Source: Heterodontus francisci
Taxonomy: Eukaryota
Direction: 5' to 3'
NCBI RefSeq assembly: GCF_036365525.1
Contig: NC_090394.1
Coordinates: forward strand, 49,660,198-49,724,197
DNA: 64,000 nucleotides
A program made the position numbers and the translations under genes. Below are positions 38,795 through 52,234 of the stretch, in pieces (the stretch's first letter is position 1; each line of letters begins with the position of its first letter). A model generated the notes under the pieces. That model did not search any database. It saw only the letters and a list, made by a program, of their open reading frames with translations, and was not told where the DNA came from.

Positions 38795-39085
38795 AGTACC
38801 ACACTGTTAGAGGTGCTGCCTTTCAGATGAGACATTAAACGGAGGCTCCTTCTGTCATCTCAGATATGCGTAGAAGATTCCGTGCAAAAACCAAAGAAGA
38901 ACCAATATCACTAAAATAGATTAAGTGGTCATTCATCTCATTGCCATGGGGCCTTGCTGTGTGCAAAGTGGCTTCTATATTTTCCTTCGTTACAAGAGTA
39001 AGTATATTTAAACCACGATGCAGTACTTTGGGACATCCTGAGATTATAAAAGGGTGCCATATGATTGCAAGGTTTTTTCTTTTAT
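38795..39085 (+). mobile_element. DeuSINE fragment
   Basis: Deu-domain-like GAGGTGCTGCCTTTCAGATGAGACATTAAACGGAGGCTCC. Confidence 0.65.
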
Positions 39086-40326
39086 TGTAATGCTGTTGAA
39101 AAAATAGCTTTGTAATAATGAAATTTTACTGTACAAACACCTCATAACCTTTCTCTAGAATCCCATGGAAGCACAATTACATCCAGCAGGAGAGCTCTAA
39201 CCTCAAAACGTTGAGGCCTGATAACAATTTACTTCGGTAGTCTTAAAGAATTTTAATAATAAAGGCTGATCTCTTTGTCTGATTATTTGTTTGTGTTGTT
39301 ATACTGGTAAGTTGTTCATGGGATTGGATGATGATACTTTCTCCCCATGGGCATTTTTAGGAAAACATATTATCTTTGAATACATTCTCAAAATTGGATT
39401 CAATCTCCATGATTATATTTTGATCCTTAAATGTTAAACAGTGTAATTAATTTTAAGCAAAGTCGCACCTTTCACAATATATAATAAAGTGAATGTAAGT
39501 GTTCAGAACTGCTCCATATTTGTGTCTTCGGCAAATAATCTTTAAATTATTCGGTTCTTATACATTAGTATATGCAATCTGAAAATGCTAACAAGTGTAA
39601 AAGAAGAACTGAAGATATACTTACAGGTTGTTTTTTTATTTTAAATTTACAAAACTATATTTTTCCTGTCTTCGTACTTGCATACTACAAACCATTTCTT
39701 CATGGAAGGACAGGCAAGCAATCTGTTTCCAATCTTGATCCAGTCACTAGGCGGAGTTCCTACTTCTCTCCTCTCTGAGTCTCCCTTTCTTCTTCTAGGG
39801 AAGCAAATAGCCTTCACTCGCCAAATATGCAAGATTTATCTGAGCCCAGTCTTCATGTCACACTCCATTACAGAAATTTTAAAGCAGATGATTTAAATAC
39901 ATACAACTGTAAATGCCCTCGGCGTTGTTTGAAGACATTCAGATTCAACAAGTAACTGTGGTCAAAATTTTGGAATTTGTATTGATATAATTAATAATTT
40001 CATGACATAATGACATTTATGTGCCTCTATTCTACCTGAAAGAATAGTACCACCGATTGCATCCTAAAGAATTCAGGTAAAATGTGCTCAGTGAATATTT
40101 CATGTGGTTAAAGCAAAATGGGAAAGTAATATTACACTACTCATCAATATTGTGGCAAAAGATTATATCAATTAATTATTGAGTGGAAAAAGGCAATGCA
40201 ATTCACATTTAAAACTGCAGATTCTGAAATACATGAATTTCCCATCTTATTTAACATCAATAGTACCAAGTGTTGATGTAAATCAAATCAGTTTATATTG
40301 ACAAGGTAGTACATATTATGGTTTGT

Positions 40327-40467
40327 CAGTTCCGAAGAAGGGTCACTGACCTGAAACGTTAACTCTGCTTCTCTTTCCACAGATGCTGCCAGACCTGCTG
40401 AGTGATTCCAGCATTTCTTGTTTTTGTTTCAGATTTCCAGCATCCGCAGTATTTTGCTTTTATATTA
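40327..40467 (+). mobile_element. 141-bp hammerhead-bearing PLE-end mini-element with 16-bp TSD
   Basis: AGTT-CCGAAGA-A-GGGTCACTGACCT-GAAA-CGTT-AACT plus tail. ACATATTATGGTTTGT at 40311-40326 and 40468-40483. Confidence 0.85.
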
Positions 40468-41402
40468 ACATATTATGGTTTGTATTCTTTAATTTAGAAC
40501 AGATATTTTTACATGATTGCATTCTAGCAGATACTGGACTGGCATAATTCCATCAGGATCCATGGCAAAACACATTCAAGAAGTTGGTCTTACAACTAAG
40601 ATTATGTTGTCCTGCTTACGCCACACCAGAGGGGCAGCATCAGTGATGCTTTTAATAGCAGTGCAAGTGGGCAGTTGTGGTCACATTGTCTGCTCACAAT
40701 GCTACCTACTGAAGGTAAAGATGGATCAGAGCCGATAGACTTAAGTGTATATCGAGAGATCTGCTCACAAGTCTCTGACTCAGGAGTGAAAGCGACCGAG
40801 GATGGTTTTAGACATCATTTCAGTTCTTGTCTCTCTACTTATAGTAGTGGGCATTGACTTTCTCACAAGATTTCTAATATTTTTTTAAAATTAGCTTTTA
40901 GATCTTACCAGTTTCGGAAAGTTTTTTTTGCACACCTGTTTCTTTTCTGATTCTCCTGACTTACTGCCACTCTCTCCAGAATAGTGATTTTCTGTTAGTA
41001 GTGCAGATAGGTTAATAGTTTTTTGATATTTTGTCAGGTTTTTAATGTGACTCATCAAGCTTGTTGCCAATCCCTCTCACCTTCAGTAGCTCCCATGGGT
41101 CTTATTGCAACTCCTACCAGCCTTGAATTTTCTCTGTTTACCACACCAGCTGCCTTGTTGTTGCCATTCTCCCTTGTCACTGAACCTGCTGCATCCCAGG
41201 AATCAAAAGCTATTTATTACATGGGTTGGGGGTCACACATGCATAAGCAGTGGAGGGTGGAGTATTTATTCTTATCAAATTCAATTTTAATTATCACTCA
41301 GGCTGCTGGTGAAATTGCCAGTAATTGAAGAAAACTGACAGGATAGTAAGATATTTTTGGTCATTCCAAGCTAAAAGGCTGTGAGGTAGGCCTTCTGGAA
41401 TA

Positions 41403-41870
41403 GGGGGCCGGAATTTGCTATCAAAATAATGGTGAGGCTAGTGGTGCTCACCGTTATTTATGTGTAAATGATACAGCAGGTTCAGACGAGGAGCAGATGT
41501 ATAGTTAAATGTAAATATTCAAAAGTGGCTGTCCAGCCTGCCCTGCTCCCTAGTTACCTTCACAAAAATGGCATTTCCCTGTTTGCCTCACCATTGACAT
41601 GCATTGAATGCCATGAGGTTACTGTATTTGTGCAATAGATACGAATGAAATCCACCCCAGATATTTAGGGCTAGTAATTAGTAGTTAAAGAATGTGATAA
41701 TTGTTAGTTACTGTCAATAAACCTCTCTGGCATTGAAAATTATCTATTACAAGTGCTGAATCTCATTAATTCAGGTTTTGGATTTCTCGGAAAGATTTTA
41801 AAAATGTCAAATTTTAAATTCATTGTTTTCTCATTTTTCTTTCCGTCTCTTTTTTCTTTCTCAATGCAAC
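41403..41870. mobile_element. Partial non-autonomous DNA transposon (Harbinger-like family, as 58400-59099)
   Basis: Starts GGGGCCGGAATTTGC...ATAATGGTGAGGCT, similar to the 58400 copy. Confidence 0.5.
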
Positions 41871-42509
41871 AAAATTCATTTCCTTTAAGCACAATTAGAT
41901 GCAGGATCATTTCCAAGATTAAATTAGATAGCAGAAAGATTCCATTGCAATATTTACATTTGTCTAGATCTGGGCATTTTTGGATGTTCAGTTACATGGT
42001 TAAACAATGAGAGGTTTGTACTCATACAAGACCCAGTAATTATGAATAAATATGTTATGCAACCACACAGGGGAAAAAAATTTGGGGGAGATGAATGATT
42101 AGACGACATGATAACAGCAAAATATTAAGATTACTTTCAAGTGATATCCCTCAAGCTATTTCACATTTACAATTGTATACTTGAACATAATTGTATAATC
42201 AGCATTTCTCAAGGCATTGTACGTTCCAGTTTCTGGTAAAGTTCTAAATTCTGGTGCATTCTACACAATTCTAGATAACAATTTGGTATAAGTCCCACCT
42301 TCTTCACTTTGCCTGGCCTTACTTGATAAGGGACTGAATAAAATAACTTCCACTATAATATGGCATGAATAACTTCCAATATGCATTTCAGAACTAAGCT
42401 GGTAAAAGTGAAGCTTTTTTTTTGGAATATGCTGTCATAATAAAAACAGATAATGCTGGAAATACTCAGCAGGTCAGGCAGCATCTGTGGAGAGAAAAAC
42501 AGAGTTACC

Positions 42510-43090
42510 GGGCTGAATTCTATAAGCCCGCTACTGAAATCCTTGGCGGGCAAAGTCGCACGCCAAACAGCTTCCGCGATTCCAAGCATGGCGGCTCATT
42601 TAAATAGCCGGGGCCGACCGCCCCCCTGATCACGTGGAGGGCACAAGCTTTCCGACCCTGGCAATGGCATCAGCTGCCGGTGTGCAGGCGCTGACACCAT
42701 TTTTAAAGTGCTGTTAGCTCTACTGGCAATTTAAATATTTAAAGAAAGATTAAATGAAATTAAATAAATACATCTCTTTTGCCCCTCTCCCATCACTCCA
42801 TAACAATTAAATCAATTATCTGCCCTTCCCCCCCAAAACACTTACCTTTACCATCTGACCTTCCCTGCCCCAATTGCACGAACTTTAAACTATAATCCTT
42901 CCCATTATCCCCTACACCAATGACATTAATTTGACCCTGCTCCCTGCGCACCACCCCCCACACTAAGAAACTTACCTCCAACTCCACACCCACCAGTTTT
43001 GCGCTTTGTTTCCCTGGATGGGGATCTGAGGGCGTGGCAGTGCCAGCCGCCGGGGTGAAGATTGTAGCGGGACATCAGGAGGTGATGGCA
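42510..43090. mobile_element. GC-rich non-autonomous DNA transposon fragment (GGGCTGAATT terminus)
   Basis: Same terminal sequence as the 50580 and 63212 elements. It abuts a minus-strand PLE end at 42437-42507. Confidence 0.5.
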
Positions 43091-43189
43091 ATGTTAGACG
43101 TAGTGGACTTTTGTTGCTAGTTTGTTGGGATGAATGATGATGAGCAATGGAGAGTTGGGGAATGAGATGTCACTGTTTCGAGTTCAGGA

Positions 43190-43290
43190 GGAAAACGCAA
43201 TGGGCGGAGTGTGACGAACCAGCGGACTCGCCGTAGAGTGATCACGGGACCGGGATGCGTGTCTCTTGACAACAACAGGGGACCGGCAAG
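43190..43290 (+). promoter_or_regulatory. CLCN7 CpG-rich proximal promoter / 5' UTR
   Basis: CpG cluster, GC box GGGCGGAG at 43202 and CLEAR-like TCACGGGAC at 43242-43250. Confidence 0.55.
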
Positions 43291-43413
43291 ATGGCGAATG
43301 TGATCAAGAAAGTTTCTTGGTCGAGTAAGGATGATGAGGCTGGCCCCGGAGAGAATACCCCGTTACTGAATGGCTCGTCCAGCGCCTCTCAGTCCTCGGG
43401 GCTGTCCCAGCAG
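43291..43413 (+). CDS. CLCN7: H+/Cl- exchanger ClC-7 exon 1
   Basis: aagATGG start; MANVIKKVSWSSKDDEAGPGENTPLLNGSSSASQSSGLSQQ matches the ClC-7 N-terminus MANVSKKVSWS...TPLLNG; donor CAG|gtaaga, phase 0. Confidence 0.93.
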
Positions 43414-43959
43414 GTAAGAACCCGGCAGCTGTGACCTCAGCCGCTCCCATTGTTTGGACCCAACACACGGCGCCTGTTACCATCAACAGCCTGGTATTTA
43501 TGGAACCTTCACGGCTGGTTAAAAGCACAGTTTCGCAATTAGCAGTAAAAACACATAACAAAAGATCTTCAAGATTTCTCGCCTTTGGCGCTGGATCCGT
43601 TTAGTTTTAAAGCCGCCTTTCTGTCTTTTAAACACGCGTTTAGCAGCAATCAAGAGTTTCTGCAATAGTTGTGAAACTGTTTTGTCTGAGAGGTGAAAGT
43701 TGGTGCTGGTGGGCTAGTCGAACTTTTTTTTAAAAAGTATTTCTCTATTTAGATGAGGTTTGAAACTTTTTTTTGAAGCATTTCACTGTTAGGTTTTAAG
43801 TGATGACCTGTCATTTAAAAGAGCGAGTATGTCGGCGTAGATGCTGTAATCACTTAATTCTCTATCAGGCTGTGATCTGATCACTGGATTCTGATATTGT
43901 TTGTAAACTGTTAACAGTAACCTTTAAACTCAGATCAGATTACATGATGGTAAAAAGTG

Positions 43960-45101
43960 CTGAACTCCAGCGGTGAGGTGAGCATTTGACCGAGTATGGC
44001 ATCAAGGAGCCCTCGCAAAACTGGAGTCAATGGGAATTGTTGGGGGGAACTCGCTACTGGTTGGAGTCATACCTAGCGCAAAGAAAGATAGTTATGGTTG
44101 TTTGAGGTTAATCATCTTAGCTCCAGGGCATCACTGCAGGAGTTCCTCAGGGTAGTGTCCTAGGCCCAACCATCTTCAGCTGCTTCATCAATGACCTTCC
44201 TTCAATCATAAGGTCAGAAGTGGGGATGTTGGCTGATGATTGCACAATGTTCAACATCATTTGCGATTCCTCAGATACTGTAGAAATGTAGTAAGACCTG
44301 GACAATATCCAGGCTTGGGCTGATAAGTGACAAGTAACATTCATGCCACACAAGTGCCAGGCAATGACCATCTCCAGCAAGACAGAATCTAACCATCTCC
44401 CCTTGACATTACGATTGCTGAATCTCCCACGATGAACATTCTGGGGGGTTACCATTGACCAGAAACTGAAGTGGAGTAGCTATATAAATACTGTGGCTAC
44501 AAGAACAGGTCAGAGGCCAGGGATCCTGTGATGAGTAACTCACCTCCTCTCCCAAAGCCTGTCCACCATTGACAAGGCACAAGTCAAGAGTGTGATGGAA
44601 TATTCTCCACTTGCCTGGATGGGTGCAGCACCAACAACAGTCAAGAAACTCAACACCATCCAGTACAAAGCAGCCCGCTTGATTGGCACCCCATCCACAA
44701 ACATTCATTCCTTCCACCACCAACGCACAGAGGCCGCAGTGTGTACCATCTACAAGATGCATTGCAGCAATGCACCAAGGCTCCTTGGACTGCACCTTCC
44801 AAACCCTCAACCTCTACCACCTAGAAGGAGAAGGGCAGCAAATGCATGGGAACACCACCACCTGCAAGTTCCCCTCCTAGCCACACACCGTCCTGACTTG
44901 GAACTATATCACTGTTCCTTTACCGTCGCTGGGTCAAAATCCTGGAACTCCCTAACAGCACTGTTGGTGTAGCTACCCGACGTGGACTGCTGCGTTTCAA
45001 GAAGGCAGCTCATCGCCACCTTCTCAAGGGCAATTAGGGTTGGGCAATAAATTCTGACCTAGCCAGCGATGCCCACATCCCATGACGAATAATAAAAAAA
45101 A
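43960..45101 (+). mobile_element. Zenon-like LINE 3' half
   Basis: Colinear with 35805-36965. Confidence 0.85.
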
Positions 45102-45854
45102 CATGAATGGATCTTGAGTAGTTTGGAAAATGTCACTTGTGCTCAGATCGACTGAAATCATCATGAAAAATTTTAATTGCCCTGCTTTTTTATGTCATTA
45201 AACCATCAAATGGATGTTGTGGACACGATGTTGGAAGTCTCACGTCAGCGTTCAGACAGCCGCTGTCTTTCTTTGAGTAAGGCGCTTTAATGTCTCCCTG
45301 TATCTAACTTGTTTTCACAAACCCTATCATCTCATGTTTAATGGACAATTCTTGAGCAAGTGCTCTGCTTGGAAGAGTTGAATTCCTTGCAAGCCAATAG
45401 CATCCAAAAAAGACCTGCATATCATAGTTGTTTGGTTGCTGGCAGCTTTGGTGTGTGATTTCTGGACTGCTTCAGAACTTTACAGCTGAAATATTTTGCT
45501 CTCATACAAGGAAAGAGGATCAGGGCTAATTCTGTAGATTCTGCAGCTAATGCCAACAACAATACAATTAATGCAGGATTGTATATGTCTCTTTGCAGCT
45601 TAATTTTAATTTATGATCCCTCAAGCTGCATTCTCTTGTTCCAGGATGTCAAGATTAACTGGTAGTCAGCCCACACGTTATAGCTGTAGTCTTGAGAGAT
45701 GCATAGAGTAGATTTGGATTACAGGTCTGCTGCTGTGTCTTGCCTCATCTCTGTGACTACTTTCCTCATCGACATCGTCTTTGGACAATTTAGATTCAAA
45801 AGTATATGAGTCTACCATTGGTTTTATAGCATGTAAATGGTTGAATGTTTTAAA

Positions 45855-46545
45855 CACACCATCCTCACTTGGAACTATCTTGCTGTTCCTTCACTGTCAC
45901 TGGGCCAAAATCCTGGAACTCCCTCCCTAACATCACTATGGGTGTACCTACACCACGTGGACTGCAGCGCTTCAAGAAGACAGCTTACCAACACCTGCTC
46001 AAGGGATCATAGAATTTGGTCTGTTGAGCCGGCTCCGCCATTCAAACAGATCATGGCTGATGATCTACCTCTATGCTATTTTTCCCCACTATCCCCATAT
46101 CCCTTGATGCCATTAGTTTCAGAAATATAGCAATTTCTGTATTGGACATGCTCAATAATTGAGCTTCCACAGCCCGCTGAGGTAGAGGATTCCACAGAAC
46201 ATATCAGTGAAAGTTTGAGACCATAAAATAATGTAGGACAGATGGTGGCCATTTGGTCCATTGTCCCTCTACAGGCTGAAAGAGTTATCCAATTAGTTCC
46301 ACTCCCCAGTAACAAAATCTAACAATCTCAAATTTAAAGTGATTATTTCAGCTAACATCTACCACAAAAAAACAGAAGATATGTTCTCCAATAATTTAAA
46401 ATCTGAGATTAATAAGTTTTTACAAGCCAAGGATACTAAGGTATATGAAGTCAAGATGGGTAAATGGAGTTAAGATACCTCTCAGTCCTGATCTCAGAAT
46501 GGTAGAACAAGTTTGAGGGGCTGAAGGGCCTCCTACTGTTCCTAT
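45855..46545. mobile_element. Cluster of short LINE 3' fragments (Zenon-like +, CR1 -, CR1 +)
   Basis: 45855-46003 matches 36775-36900; CR1-type tails at 46005-46200 and 46390-46545. Confidence 0.6.
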
Positions 46546-47329
46546 GCTAATATATTAATGTGCAGAAATTGGGTGGGGCAGGGGGGGATGGTGGAGAGGA
46601 GACATAATTCCTAGCTCTTGTCTTTTTGCTATAACTTCACTACTCTTCCTTCTGAACACATTATGTTGGTGTCGGCTGCCACAATGAGCACCTTGAACAG
46701 AGAAAGGCCAACTGTATAAATGGATTATTCATTTAGGCAGAGGCTAGATGACTTAAAATCTGAGATTACTCTGAAGTGGCAACTTGTTTCTAAAGCCAAA
46801 GATTGTTGAGATTTGCAGCAGAAGCTAGTTGAGCTGCAATGTTTGAATGCGCCTTACATCGAGAGATTTCATTATATAAGCAGCAGGAGATGCTGTGATC
46901 TGGCAACGCAGTTTTTGGGTAGGCATGGGATTAGTGCTGGAGTTGTGCACTTGGAATAGACTGGTTATCATATAGTTACGTACAGTTACATATAGTCTAC
47001 AGCACAGAAACAGGCCAGTTGGTCCAACTGGTCTACATTGGCATTTATGAATCATTCGATTTTAGAAACTTAAGTATGGAAGGAGGCCATTTGGTCTGTC
47101 GTGTTCGTGCTGGCTTTTTGAAGGAGTAGTTCTGCTTCGTCTTGTGTGCCTGCCTGTGCATGCAGCTCACCAACCTTATTAGTTACAGTATGGGCATTGA
47201 TGCACACATAATTTGATACCTCCTTCAACACATTTGTTATTTTCCTTAATCTGGTCCCTGCAATTTTTGGGATATTTCTAATTTTACTGCTGTTTATATC
47301 TGTCTTGTGATCTTATTTCTGCACATATC

Positions 47330-47730
47330 AGCCATGGCCCGGTTGATAGCACTCTTGCCTCTTGAGTTGCAAGGACCTATTCCAGGATTTAAGCACAGAA
47401 ATCAAGGCTGACATTCCAGTACAGTAATGAGGGAGCGCTGTACTGTCAGAGGTGCCGTATTTCGGATGAGACGTTAAACAGAGGTCCCATCGGCCCCCTC
47501 AGTTGGATCCCATGGCATTATTTCGAAGAAGAGCAGGGGAGTTATTTAACCCTCAATGAACATCACAAAAACAGATAATCTGGTCATTAGTGCATTACTG
47601 TTTGTGGACAAATTGGCTGCTGCATTTCCTACATTACAACAGTGACTACACTTCACATACTTCATTCACTATAAAGCACTTTGAGATGTTTGGTGGTTAT
47701 GAAAAGTGCTGTATAAATGCAAGACTTTTT
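47330..47730 (+). mobile_element. DeuSINE (SacSINE1-like)
   Basis: tRNA-like head, Deu domain GAGGTGCCGTATTTCGGATGAGACGTTAAACAGAGGTCCC and L2-like tail GCTGTATAAATGCAAG. Confidence 0.8.
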
Positions 47731-48604
47731 GCTCCTCTCAGCTATTTTCTGCTTCCCCTACTCCACACAAGTCCCTCTCAATCCTCCTCTTGTAACTCCG
47801 TCAACATATCCCTCTATTCCTTTCTCCTTCATGTGCTTATATATTTTCCCTTAAATGTAAGATAAAATTGTGGGGCTTTATGCCCCCTACTAAGGTAGGA
47901 CCAGACTTGGCAGCAAAGCTTTTTTGTGAATTGACTTTATTGGGATAAAGGTAAGGACAAGTTTTCAGATAAACTATAGTCACAAACTCAGGCAGTGATT
48001 AACAGTCTAATACAGATACTACTCGTATTAGAAACTGGAAAGCTGGAGTGTACGACTAGTTGCTCTTGCAGCTTTTTGATCTTTAAGCTCTCACTCTCTT
48101 GCTCTTGTCTCTGCCGTTCAAAAATTTCTCTCAGTTGTACAGAAACATGGACAAGATATCTTTTATCCTGACTGCTTTCCAATTAACCTTCCCGTTCCCC
48201 AATCATGTTTAGCTTTGTGTTTAAAAGATGCCTTTCTTAACCAACCAAGAAGCATTCTTTCTTTGTTGTTAACTGTTCCGATTTACATAAGTAATGCCTT
48301 TGTGTTGACTAATATATTCCATGCTTTTACATTCTGAGGTTCCTTATCTACATTTTGTTCTCTCAGAAGCTGTTTTCACTGTCTGCTGTCAAGGTCTCAC
48401 CATTTTACTGCATGTAAGCATTTTAAAATTTCACAATCCCCCAGAATCCCTCTACTTTGAAATCTTGTCTATACTGTGCCCTATTTCCTAAGTTTTTCCA
48501 CTTTACCATTCTACGAAGAAGGATTCTAATAAAGCTAAATGTTAGTTTATAATGTCAGTTGTTCGTTTATAATAGTTAGATTTTAACAATTAGTTTTCTG
48601 GTTA

Positions 48605-49260
48605 TTAACCTCAATGCTATTTACCTCAACAACTCCTTGTGGTAGCACATGCCACATTTTTACCACTCTTTGGGTAAAGGCTTTTCTTCTGAAATCCCTT
48701 TTGGATTTGACCATCTTGCATTTATGGATTAAGTTTTGGACTCTCCCACAAATGGAAACATTTTCTCTGCCTATCAATCAAACCCTTTCATAATCTCAAC
48801 AGACCTCTATCAGGTCACACCTCAGCCCTCACTTTTCTAGAGAAAAGCCTCTTCAGCTTTTTCTGATAAGTATATCCTTTCGGTTCTGTTATCATACTTC
48901 TGAATATTTTTTGCACCTCTGTGCCTTTCTATCCTTTCTACAATATAGAGGCCAGAACTGTCCACCATACTCCAAATGTAGCCTAACCATGGTGCTATGC
49001 AAGTCTAACATAACTACTCTGCTTTTCAATTCTATCACTTGAAATTAACTGCAGTGCTTGGTTCCTTTTTTTATGGCCATATTGACCTGCATTGCTCCTT
49101 TTAGTGATCTGTACCCCTAGATTTGTTTGATCCTGTACCCTATTTAGACTCTTATTTGCCAAGCAGTATGTAGCTGCTTTATTCTTCCTGCCAAAACGCA
49201 CAACCTCACGTGTCTAATTTTGTCTTTTATTTGCCAATTGCACATCCATTCTGGAAGAAC
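48605..49260 (-). mobile_element. Old CR1 LINE fragment
   Basis: AFTQRVVKMW and RFGRKNK motifs in minus-strand ORFs. Confidence 0.7.
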
Positions 49261-49765
49261 ACGGAAGCCCTTTCGAACCGTTAAATGTCTCTGGATAACA
49301 CTGATAATGATGTGAAATGAATGGATCTCTGGAATGTGGTATATCAGGCGATCAAGCAGACCTTTGGATTCATGTCTAGATGTCAACAAAATTGGTTTAA
49401 TGAGAATAGCGAATACAGCTGACTTCTGCATGAAAGGAACAGGAGAGTGCATCAAAATCTACCTGCTGATCCCAGTTCAATGACTGAGATGGCTGCCTCT
49501 AGAAACCTTTGTCTCAAAGTGCAGATCAGATGGCACCAAATACAAGACTGATGTTGGAAAGCTAATGTAGCTGAGTTGCAGGGATATGGCGACAGGCATC
49601 ACATGAGATAGGTATACATAGAATTATAGTACACAACATAATGTGATGGTACCAGTAAAGAGCAAAGATAATGGATCGCAGATAATGAATTGACAGGTAA
49701 TATATTAGCAATGGGTGCGCAACCCTACATTGTCCAGTTCTGAAGAAGCATTGAATCACATTCTG

Positions 49766-52034
49766 CATGTTGGATGTTTACTAATACATCTTTAGATGTG
49801 TGAGTTTTTTAAAAAAATCATTATTTTTTCTGGTTAAATATTGAACTATTAACGGTATTGTTCTTAAAGTATTTGCGTTCCTGTTTATTTTAGTTGAGTA
49901 ATGAGCAACTTGACATCTAATGAGTGACCTATTCAAAGCTGATTTGCTACTAAATGAAATAAACGTTGGAGAGCATACATTCTGTAGAACTCTTTATCAT
50001 TATGTGAAGTAGAGGCTTCCATGAGGTCTATGAAGAATGGCAAGGTAACAGGACCATTGTTCTCTTTAAAATTTAATTGTCATGTACTGCCAGCTTTTCA
50101 GCATGCGGTCCCTTTAAAATTCTTTTGCGTGGCCATGCACGTGTGCTATTTATCAAGGATCAAAGCTTGTGTGGTACCTTCCAGGCTGCTGTTCAGTCCT
50201 GCACTGTGTAGTTTAGCGGGAACATTGACTAAGACCAAATAGCATTCCTTGACAGATTTACAAGATTGGATGTAGAGCTTGTGCTGAGTACTTGCCCAAG
50301 TTGTTCTGCCTAATCTGGAGAGAAGGTTGCACAGGACCTAAAGGATACAACCAGATATGTAAAAACAGAGGAGAGAAGTCTGATTGGAATAACTGTTGGG
50401 GCATCTTACTTTTATTGTCGGTGGCATGGTTGAGACTGATTTTTCTCGATCACCTGTTTAATATAGTGGACAGGAGGCTTCTGGAATCACAATATGGCTA
50501 GCCTAGGATCTACGAAAAGAGAAAATACAAGTTGAGATTTTTGTCATGTACTCTCTGCCTATTGCAGAAAGGGAGCTAAGGGGCTGAATTTAACGCCGCC
50601 CCAGCGGGTCGGAGAGTGGCATGGGGGTGGCATAAAATTGAGCAGCAGGCTCCGGGAGGCCTAACCACCACACTTCTGCATCCGGACAAGTTTATGACGT
50701 TGGGCAGGGGCTGGGAAAACGGCCTGCCCGCCCGAGGCCAATTAAGGCCCTTAAGTGGCTGTTAAATGGCCATTTAAGGGCCCTCACCAGCCTCCACGGA
50801 TATTTCACCCTTGCCAAGCGGGCGTGCTGGGGACATGAAAGACCACCCAGCGATAGCTGTCGCCCTTTCCATGCCCGGGGTGGGGGGGTGCATGGCAGTT
50901 GGGCACAGGGTGCCCGATTGAGGGCTGCCCCCGCCTCCCAACCCAACCCACCCCCGGGACCCAAGACGCACCCCCCCTCCCCCCAAATGACCACTCCAGC
51001 CTCACCAAGGAAGGACAGATCCCCCAGTGAGGCATGCCACTACTTACCTTCCCTCCTCGATCCATGGCGTCGGCTGGGCTGCAGTCCCAGCAGTGGCCAC
51101 CACTCCCCGACTTTCACATCAGTGGCGATATCTGGTCCGCCTAAGGTAAAATCTAGCCCAATGAGTTAAATGGCTAATACTGAAAGAACAGAAGAATATT
51201 CAGCATTGGTGGGTTGGTGAAAAGACAAGATCCATGTACAACAAAAGCATGAAAAGCAGAGAAAGAGAAAAATACCTAAAAACTGTGTGTATAACAGAAA
51301 TGAACTTTAAATAAAAATACAAATGAATCGTGGGTCAACCAAGGAAGCAAAGGATGGGTTCATACTAAGTGCCCACAAGTCTTCCTGTGCTCTGATGAAG
51401 GATTGCCAACCTGAATATCTACCTACCTTCCCTCTTTCCAGATACTGAGACCCCCCACTCCACATTGCAAGTACCTATTACTGTAAAGAGAATGGAAGGT
51501 TTATTTGAGACCTGAAGTTTTAAACTCTTATTAAGAGCAATGTGCCTAGTAAAAACATGAGCTATCATTCTTGAAGTTTGTGTTGAAATTCATTTGTACA
51601 GTGTGGGAAACCAAAGACTGAGAGGTGAAGGAGGAGTTCATGTTAAGCTGCAGGCAGGTCAACTGAAATCTATTTGCTGTTAACTTAGTTCTGTGAATCT
51701 TGTTTATCAAACTTGATTTGCATTTTTCAACCTATTATGGTATTTTGCTTTGGAGATCAAGTGTATGTGGGATCTCCTGCTGTTTCCAGCCCATGACATA
51801 ATGATAAAGAGTTCTACAGAATGTATGCTTTCCAATGTTTATTTCATTTAGTAGCAAGTAGCAAATCAGCTTTGAATAGGTCACTCATTAGATGCCAAGT
51901 TGCTCATTACTCAACTAAAATAAAGAGGAATGCACATACTTTAAGAACAATACAATTAATAGCTCAATAACCAGCAAAAATAATGTTTTTTAAAAAATGC
52001 AAACATTTAAATATGTATTAATAAATTCACCATG
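49766..52034. repeat. Long inverted repeat (arms 49766-50005 and 51796-52034)
   Basis: The arms are reverse complements, e.g. gagcatacattctgtagaactctttatcattatgt / acataatgataaagagttctacagaatgtatgctt. Confidence 0.9.
50580..51159. mobile_element. GC-rich MITE-like element (Harbinger-like termini)
   Basis: Imperfect TIRs GGGCTGAATTT ... AAAATCTAGCCC; internal similarity to 63212-63662. Confidence 0.6.
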
Positions 52035-52234
52035 AGGATATGGTGTTCCCCATTCCATTGAAATGTTATTGGTTCAATTAAGCACTGAGTACCACATATC
52101 TTTACGTTTTTTGGATGTTGGCGAATCAGCGCTGGTAATGTGGGGAGGAAGAATGTAAACACTGGACACACTACCATGATATTACCAAACAGCCCTGGTG
52201 TTCATGGAGGGGGAAAAGAAGCTTCAGTTAACAA

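Noticed and set aside
43304-43561. 85-aa minus-strand ORF
   Set aside because: Antisense shadow of CLCN7 exon 1 in GC-rich DNA.
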